Origin: Gammaproteobacteria bacterium
Lineage (GTDB): Bacteria; Pseudomonadota; Gammaproteobacteria; Eutrophobiales; Eutrophobiaceae
Direction: 5' to 3'
NCBI GenBank assembly: GCA_963422205.2
Contig: CAXMWX010000005.1
Coordinates: 704,001 to 768,000 of the forward strand
Length of the DNA: 64,000 nucleotides
Shown piece by piece: positions 57,701 through 64,000 of the stretch (its first letter is position 1; each line of letters starts with the position of its first letter). The position numbers were made by a program, and so were the translations under genes. Below the pieces are notes generated by a model that was not told where the DNA came from, ran no database searches, and was given only the letters and a program-made list of their open reading frames with translations.

Positions 57701-58777
57701 TACGATAAAATGACAACATAATCAAATGTTCGCTGTTAAATTAAAATGTATGCTTTTGTAATTTGGTTAATTTTATGATATTCAGAAAATTTGCAATACA
57801 TACTGAGTCACCAAAATCGAGCTATTAAATATAGGTCTATTTTTAAAAACGTCCAAAAATTGCATTTAACGTTATAAAAATGTGTTAAGTTCAAATCTTT
57901 TAATCTGAAAAGGAATACGGACCGGTAACAAACTTCACAAGGACTGGTACTAGGCCGCGACCCGGTGGTTGCCGACCACCGGCGTAGGAGCAACAAACAA
58001 ACGTGGCAGCGGAGGCGAGCCGTTTGCGACAGTTTCCGACTTGACCGCACAGCGATGTCTTTATCCTCTACGACGACTTGACTTTCAATGTATGAAATTA
58101 ATATTGTATTGTTTCTGTGACAGAGATTGTTTGAGTTTTCACTTAACCCAACTAGGAGAAGCTCAGTCTTCTTGAAACCAAGCGGACACTTATACGGTAC
58201 ACCAAATTCCGGTTGAATTCACACTGCTTTGACAAATGACATAACTTTTTACAATATAAACAGTTCGCGTGCTTTACTTTGAATAAAATTACCTGGTGGA
58301 AACTTTGCCTTTGTTATCGCTTGAATCGTAATAATGCAAATTTATGTGATGTCCATCCAATAAGTTCTTCGTTTTTTTAATTGTTTCTAATGCAATATCC
58401 AGAGATGGTTTCACAAACACGTAGGACCAGGGATAAGTATAATATAAATTGATGTCATGAATGCATATAATATTTGGTTCGTTAGTAGTGGCACTGATAC
58501 AATTTTCATTTACTCGGTCTCCATTAAATTCAAAATAAGACGAACCGGAATAATCAGCGCTATACCCAGAATCGAAAGCAGACTCATTCTCAACTGAATT
58601 GTCATACTCAAATGTGTCTATGTTTTCGGTTGTTCTTTGGTTTGTTTCTTCACGCACTGAGTCTACCTGCATAGCCAATTCTTTGAATGCTTTTATACCA
58701 GGAACCATAATCGTAATATCGATGAAATTCGATTCCGCAACCCCGCATAAAAATAAGAAGTTTAGTATCAAAAACAT
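31113..58777 (-). CDS. Receptor (membrane) guanylyl cyclase, natriuretic peptide receptor A/B-like; 23 coding exons, 1220 aa
   Basis: Manual splicing with consistent phases throughout (3663 nt including stop). Exons: 58777-58293, 56629-56473, 55436-55288, 54039-53900, 52661-52501, 47085-46976, 43388-43280, 42519-42357, 42139-42059, 41525-41391, 40977-40893, 40235-39953, 39841-39770, 38607-38530, 37840-37663, 36678-36520, 34784-34629, 34560-34392, 33765-33619, 32605-32413, 32264-32090, 31551-31453, 31291-31113. Signal peptide, ANF-receptor-like ectodomain, one TM helix, kinase-homology domain, coiled coil and class III cyclase domain occur in order. Confidence 0.92.
34392..39841 (-). CDS. Guanylyl cyclase gene exons 13-18: kinase-homology domain
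   Basis: VLMELKH|[15 protein letters not shown]...[15 protein letters not shown]; [24 protein letters not shown]; LWTAPEVLR; [12 protein letters not shown]; PYFRP; [12 protein letters not shown]. Confidence 0.95.
34973..36331. mobile_element. Composite non-autonomous hAT element in intron 16
   Basis: CAAGGGCGTTGAA / TTCAACGCCTCTG ends; perfect TSD GTTACACC. Internal blocks are shared with 13769-15474 and about 44058-44604. Confidence 0.85.
38890..39190 (-). mobile_element. SINE family A, near full length, in intron 13
   Basis: Reverse complement starts ACAGCTTAGATGGCCGAGTGGTAAGAGC and matches 11932-12240 along its length. Confidence 0.85.
39440..39708. mobile_element. hAT-type MITE
   Basis: CAGGAGCGTAGCCAG / CTGGCTACGCCACTG ends; perfect TSD AAAATGCC. 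Confidence 0.85.
39953..40977 (-). CDS. Guanylyl cyclase gene exons 11-12: transmembrane helix and juxtamembrane region
   Basis: [24 protein letters not shown]|[21 protein letters not shown]; canonical splice sites. Confidence 0.9.
41391..58777 (-). CDS. Guanylyl cyclase gene exons 1-10: signal peptide and extracellular domain
   Basis: [16 protein letters not shown] signal; [17 protein letters not shown]; FLIGP; [11 protein letters not shown]; YYNW; YFISEGIF; PAFFHDSLL; [17 protein letters not shown]; [15 protein letters not shown], all matching natriuretic receptor ectodomain landmarks. An extra in-phase exon could hide in the long introns. Confidence 0.82.
42924..43239. mobile_element. hAT-type MITE with CCGAGT/ACTCGG repeats
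   Basis: TAGGGATGTGCCT / AGGCACATCCCTA ends; perfect TSD GTACTGTT. Confidence 0.88.
43638..44859. mobile_element. Non-autonomous hAT-like element with a nested MITE (about 44058-44604)
   Basis: ACGTTCCCTCTAAG / CTTAGAGAGAACGT ends; TSD GCTACAAC / GTTACAAC. The inner element has TSD GTTGTGTG / ATTGTGTG. Confidence 0.7.
45132..46841. mobile_element. Non-autonomous hAT element with CGGTA/TACCG subterminal repeats
   Basis: CAAAGGGTTACTACGGTACG / CGTACCGTAGTAACTCCTTG ends; TSD TTCAAAAC / ATCAAAAC. Confidence 0.82.
47268..49183. mobile_element. hAT-type element (TAGGGTGACCAGA ends) enclosing a LINE fragment
   Basis: TAGGGTGACCAGA / TCTGGTCAGCCTA; GTCCCG subterminal motifs. The left flank is rearranged. 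Confidence 0.68.
47450..48338 (+). mobile_element. Decayed RTE-clade (Rex3/Expander-like) LINE fragment
   Basis: Frameshifted relics [81 protein letters not shown] (region leading into the RT domain). Confidence 0.85.
49572..51974. mobile_element. Composite hAT element, inverted relative of 27394-29744, in intron 5
   Basis: CAGTAGCGTAC / GTACGCCACCG ends. For example 50168-50270 is the reverse complement of about 29305-29411, and 51080-51950 matches about 27420-28860. Confidence 0.72.
55470..55690. repeat. Inverted repeat with about 70-bp arms (MITE-like) just upstream of exon 3
   Basis: ATTTCAAAATAGC..TGAAAAA...TTCACATTCGGCTT.AGGAAATACTCTATCATAACTCTT is mirrored at 55621-55689. Confidence 0.75.
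57414..57981. mobile_element. hAT-type MITE inserted into a family B SINE
   Basis: CAGGGGTCGGCAAC / GTTGCCGACCACCG ends. SINE sequence continues on both sides (57330-57413 and 57982-58050). Confidence 0.72.
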
Positions 58778-59301
58778 TTCCCTGCGTCAATTTTTTTCAA
58801 AGGTTGTTTAACTGCTACAATCTAAACATATTAAATTCGCAAGAAAAGATAACCTCTGCTTATAAAATGGAAAAAAAATAACAAAAAAAGATTACTAGTT
58901 AAAAAGCTGAGGTAAATTTGCGTAGATTGTTCTCTAACACCATCTGTTGACGGTTTGCTGCAACTAGAGCTTCGTCGACACAGCAAATACAAACAGGAAT
59001 TATTTTTATTTTTAAATGTCTGATCACTGACAAACCTACGATCAAACACATTTTGAAATCACAGCACTATAGTCTTTTGATACTATGCCAAAAATTTGCT
59101 GATGATAAGCCTCTACGCCAAGCTTCTTCCAAGTTGTTATTTGGCTATTTCCTGCCATGCAGCTGCTCCTAATACGCTTCATCTGTGTTTAAAATCGACT
59201 AGCAAAAACAATTTAATGAAGTCTTTTCAGCTGTGCAACAAACTCTTGACAAGGCCTAACCTTCCACACCCAACTGCCTTCAATTCAGAGTAATGAAGTA
59301 G

Positions 59302-59525
59302 CGGCCGGTTAGCTCAGTACAGTTGTCAAGCTCATCGCTATCGCCGCGGGAGGATCTGGGGATCGTTTTCCTGGGCGGTCAAATCAGACACGGTGTGAAA
59401 ACGGCTCGCCACCAATGCAATGCTTCTTTGGAGCTGTTTGGCCCAGTCGCTAAGCCACGGAGATGGACCACCACTCATTACTCGTTTCAGCGTAAAACCG
59501 CGTGTATCATAAAGATTTGATTCGT
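59302..59525 (+). mobile_element. SINE family B copy upstream of the cyclase gene
   Basis: GGCCGGTTAGCTCAGT head, CGGTCAAATCAGACACGGTG...ACGGCTCGCCAC body, AAAGATTTGATT tail. Confidence 0.78.
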
Positions 59526-60445
59526 TTTTTATGATAGAATACCGATAGCGATAGCCTACTGCTTTTAATCTATCTGGCAAATGCACAACATAAAGTTCAT
59601 TGCTAGATCGTCAGATGTATCAATCATGGTCAAATGAACTATAAAGCATTCTGGATCAAAGTTGTACTCATTTTATTGCATGTAGTTGCATAATTATCCT
59701 CCTATCACGAGAAAGCGGTCAAAGCTCTGTAACGAGCTAGCTAAGGAGTTGCCGACCATCTGTCTACCACACCAAAATGTTGTGGCGATAACTATTTTAG
59801 GAGATAACAGAGGAGAGAATTTACGGGAATGCACGTTATGACTTAGTCTACAATTCATGTTTTATAAAAAAATAAAAACTACATGACCTGCAATTCCTTG
59901 GTGAAAGGTTGCGCAGGAAAAACATCCAAGAAGTTGCGCGAGAAAAATCGAACTAAAACTGCGACCAATTTTGCCAAAATATATCCAATATTGCAGCTTT
60001 GAAATCACGAAAAGGTTGAAAGAAGAAAGCGAAGTTGGGGTTAAGGTAGGCTAAACAGGTTTTTGAAAACGAATAGTAATTAAAACATGTCACCCAAAAC
60101 TAACATTTTATATTTCAATCACGATGCTTTGCAGCAACCTTGATTTAAACTGGTCAACGATTTAATTTTAACTATTGGCTATAACAAAACGATACCAACA
60201 ATGTACATGCAAAAATAAGGTATTACAAGTTACTTCATGCATTAATTTTCTTTAATTGAAGGTTGTCTTGAGTATAGCGTTTTAAGTTAATCAAATTTAA
60301 AATTTAAGAAACAACAGCCAAGCAATACAAATCTTCATCAATGGAAGGCTTTCTTCATTTTTCATTTCTTTATTTATTTCCGAAGTAGCGAACATCCAAA
60401 CGTCTGTTTCCAACTTCGGCTGGTAGGACGCACGTCGGGTGTCAC

Positions 60446-61792
60446 CAGGGGCGGATTAAGAAATCGCGGGGCCCGGGGCAAATAAGAGTTCGCGGTCCCT
60501 AAATTATAAAAAAAGAAACCAACTAATAGCCTATCCTTTTGGATATTAAAGTTTATTGACATCACAATCAACCAGAAATTTTATAAAATTTGTCATACTC
60601 AGGTTGGGTCGTGCTTAAAAAGATACTAATGTTGACAATAAACTTTTATTTCTGCTATGAATTCAGATCGAAGAGGTTGAATCCAATTTGCTATTTTGAT
60701 TTAAAAGCTGTGAAATGTTTTAATTTTGTTGAAAATTTACTTACAAAATTAATTTTTTTATAAGATCAAGCTATACCATAAAGTTTTTGCACTGTTTCAT
60801 TAAAGGGGCATATATAAACAACACAAAAAATATAAATTATGCAAAGCACAAGATTCAAATAAAATGCAAAATTTCAAGAACTTTTCAACATACACAACCC
60901 TAATAGGCTATCACAGCATCACAGAAATATCTTAGTTGTGAATGTGACTCATGCATGTCCCTCCTTATTTTCTTTACCTAACCCGTATTAACCAAAAGGG
61001 GGCAGACACACTCTTCCCCAGGCGAGGATGTAAGAAACCCAAACATTTGATGCATAAATTTACTCAGCACATTTACTGGTATTTTGCACTGGTTGTGCTG
61101 AGTAAATTTATGCATGAATTTTTCGGGTTTCTTACATCCTCGCCTGGGGAAGAGTGGTTCTGCCCCCTTTTGGTTAATACGGGTTAGGTAAAGAAAATAA
61201 GGTGGGACATGCATAGGGCCTAAGTCACATTCACAACTAACAGAAAATATAATAAACAACACAGAGAGTACAACGCTAAGGCTAGTTGCTCTGCTGGCTT
61301 CTACGGCTTGGCTGTCATACTGTAGCTCAAAGATTGAATGGATGTAGGATCAGCTAACTGCTCGTTTACATATTAGAAAGGAACCGACTTATTTTTTGCT
61401 TGCACTTGTTTTCAACTTTTTGTGATTTCGCCTCTCTTTCCTCTTTTCTGTTACGTGTTTGACTTCCACTCTCATATTTTTTACCTAAGTCTCGAATTCT
61501 TTCAGTAACAAGCACTTTTAAATATGAAACACTTTGAAGTGGTCTCGGAAACTCAACTATCTTTATCTCCTTAAATTAACTAAAAATATTACTGTAAGTG
61601 TAAGTACCCATAAGTTTTTGTAATTCCAAAATTTGGCTAATTTTCGGCCAAGTTCAACAGCTCAGATGGCCGAGTGGTAAGAGCGTCCGCCTCGGAAGCT
61701 GTAGACTTCGGTTTGAATCCGAGTCGGGTCAAACCAATAAATTTAAAATTAGTATTCACAGCTTCCTTGCTTAACACTCAGCATTGAAGGGA
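60446..61792. mobile_element. Second copy (left part) of the 11175-13553 composite hAT element
   Basis: Starts CAGGGGCGGATTAAGA and is colinear with 11175-12075, including the embedded SINE head at 61657. It is interrupted by a LINE 3' end. Confidence 0.85.
60932..61240. repeat. Near-perfect palindrome of about 310 bp (fold-back MITE)
   Basis: TTAGTTGTGAATGTGACT...CATGTCCC..CTTATTTTCTTTACCTAACCCGTATTAACCAAAAGGGG mirrored to ...AGTCACATTCACAACTAA, with a loop of about 20 nt near 61072-61093. Confidence 0.9.
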
Positions 61793-64000
61793 CAAATTCA
61801 AAATCAAAATTTATTATATGTTGTCAATCATGACGCTTGAAAAAAAAAATGCAACACCAAATAGCTAACAACAATCAACAACAGGCAACTGCGTAGAGAC
61901 CATAGTGGTGTTGGAGTCAAGCAGCAGCCTACTGGAAATTACAGTAATCTCCCGGTTAAGTTCGCAACCGTTTAAGTTCACATCCCTATTAAGTTCGCAA
62001 AAAATTGTCGAAAAATCAAGATTCAACTTTTGACAGAAATGTATTGATGTTTACAGCAAAACAAACACGTCGTGAAAAAGTTAGCAGTTTAAACAAGTCA
62101 TGAACCATCAGCTGATGCACGCTGCTGTCTTACTTGTTCTTCGTTTCCAAGACCACTTGCCTCAATTTTCGCTGAAAAAATTCAAATGAATTTTTCAGTT
62201 TGTTATGATCAATTCCTGCTTCATCTTGCACGTCGGGGCACAACAACTGATCCTCTACTTCAAGGACTTTATTTTTTTCTCGAAACAGTAGGTTCATGCT
62301 CTATGCCCTAAGCCCAAGGGTCGGAGTCTCCGTCAGCGCTGACACATGCCTTATGTTACGTAATAATGCACTTTGTACTAACTAACCATAGCCTAATTGT
62401 TATGTTCGCACCTACCGCATAAGTTCGCACGAACCGTTCAGATTCAAGTTGCGAACTTAACCGGGAGATTACTGTCCGTCTATAGCTAAAAGTCAGGTGT
62501 CGCATTGAAAAAGGAGTCCAAATTTTATGCAAATCGAATAGTATTGAGTGTCCATTTGTTCAACTACGTTCCTAATTCAAAACAATAAAATTTAGTTGGA
62601 AGATATTTATTTAAATGTAACTTTTTATAAGTTATTCTGATTTAAATTTTTTAAAAGGTAATTATTTAAACGGTTGTGGTATTTCATTTCATATTTTAGC
62701 CTCAATATCTTCAAAAGATTTTTGTGATCTCCTTGTAGAATATCTAGGTATGGCAATTGCCTTCGACGAATGATTACGGGTGGAGCGAGTGTGAACGTTA
62801 GACACATAAGTAAAGTAATAACTAAAGTGTGTTTGCAACATTTTGTGAACATGCTGATACACGAGTTCTGCTATTTCATGCTGATATAGATCATCTAGCT
62901 TGAGTATTTTTAGGTCATAATATTGCGGAGAAATTGGTTTAAAATTACTCGTTTTTGTCATATAATTCTCATACCTTTGTTTTTGAACATCTTTAATTTA
63001 TGAATATAGGAGACACAAGTTGACGCCCAAGAAGGTAAAACATAAAGAAAATGGATAGACACAAGGGAACAGTAAAGGATTGTCAGAGTTTTAGTTGGAA
63101 GATACCTTGACAATCTTACTATTACACGTTACATCTATAGAGCGAGAAATTTTAGATCTTAGGTTGGTGATATGCTCATTGAATTTCAAGGTATTGTCAA
63201 TTAATATTTCTAGATATTTAACTGATTTCGAGGGTTCTGTTTTATCTTCATTAAATGTGAAGGATATAAGAGGAGGAGTTTTGTAAATGTACGGAGATAT
63301 TAATAATGATTTTGTTTTAGATGGGTTTACGGTCAGTGAGTTTGACGCCATCCATTCAGAAACTGTAGAGAGCTCGGAGTTAGTGGCTTTTTGAAGTATT
63401 CGTGTACTACTGGAGGTTATATTTAATGCTGTATCTTCGTCTGCAAAGAATCTTGGAGTAGGTACTAAACCATTAGGCGTATTCAATCGTTTAAAGTAGT
63501 AGAAGTTATATCATTTAAAGAAACAGATTGTTTCCTTTCAGTTAAATAATTTTTTAGTAAATGATTTGCAATGCTTCTAATACCGTCATGATGTAATTTT
63601 AAGGCAACTTTTTGTGACACACAATATCGAAAGCCTTTTTGATATCTAAAAACATAAAGAGATCGGTAAATTTTTTCTCTTCAACTGCGTCAAACCATGT
63701 AGTTATTAAATCAATTATAGGGTGAATGGTTGAGTGCCCTCGACAAAATCCAAATTGCACAGGAACCAGAATTGTGTGAGTGTCCACAAAAGACACAAGG
63801 CGTTTCAACAAAAGCTTCTCAAAAATTTCAGACAAGAATGTAAGTAAAGAAATGGGCCTGTAGTTTCCAATTTTATCAGTTGGACCGCTTATATAAATTG
63901 GTATGACTTTGGCAATTTTTAGTTCTTGAGGTAAGACTCCAAGAGATAGGCAGTGAATAATGATAAATGAGAGAGCAGGTGCCAAAACGTTGGATGAAAA
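61793..64000 (-). mobile_element. Decayed CR1/L2-group LINE: RT domain and 3' end
   Basis: LKIAKVIPIY..G....GNYRPISLL....IFEKLL, QFGF..GHST, FLDIKKAFDIVCH, FAD(E)DT, WMASNSLTVNPSKT, VKYL.ILID..LKF..HI; multiple stops and frameshifts. The putative 3' UTR ends AATAAATTTTGATTTTGAATTT near 61795. Confidence 0.88.
61942..62474. mobile_element. Tigger/pogo-type MITE inserted in the LINE 3' UTR
   Basis: TA|CAGTAATCTCCCGGTTAAGTTCGCAA ... TTGCGAACTTAACCGGGAGATTACTG; AAGTTCGCA subterminal repeats. Confidence 0.85.

Noticed and set aside
1-58777. Functional link between the bacterial genes and the guanylyl cyclase gene
   Set aside because: They are 27 kb apart, the bacterial genes lack introns or host promoter signs, and their 5' end is broken. 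Nothing beyond adjacency supports a shared system.
61657-61735. tRNA-like sequences (also 11932 and 39110-39190)
   Set aside because: They have A and B boxes but no consistent cloverleaf, and each continues into the same repeated body. They are SINE heads, not tRNA genes.

Overview
The window has two parts joined without a gap. Bases 1 to about 4119 are GC-rich, intronless bacterial DNA, probably gammaproteobacterial. They carry four minus-strand genes with no visible decay: secD (5'-truncated at the junction), secF, pdxB and purN (cut by the window edge). From about 4120 to 64000 the sequence is AT-rich animal genomic DNA; a marine invertebrate, possibly a tunicate, is my inference. This part holds one complete 23-exon minus-strand gene (58777 to 31113, 1220 aa by my manual splicing) for a natriuretic-peptide-receptor-like membrane guanylyl cyclase, with one GC-AG intron. 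It is also dense in nested non-autonomous hAT elements with 8-bp target-site duplications, pogo/Tc1 relics, MITEs, two tRNA-derived SINE families and two LINE fragments. The main anomaly is the bacterium/animal junction inside secD. A chimeric assembly join is the simplest explanation, but a recent lateral insertion cannot be excluded from sequence alone. I found no new multi-gene system that I can support.
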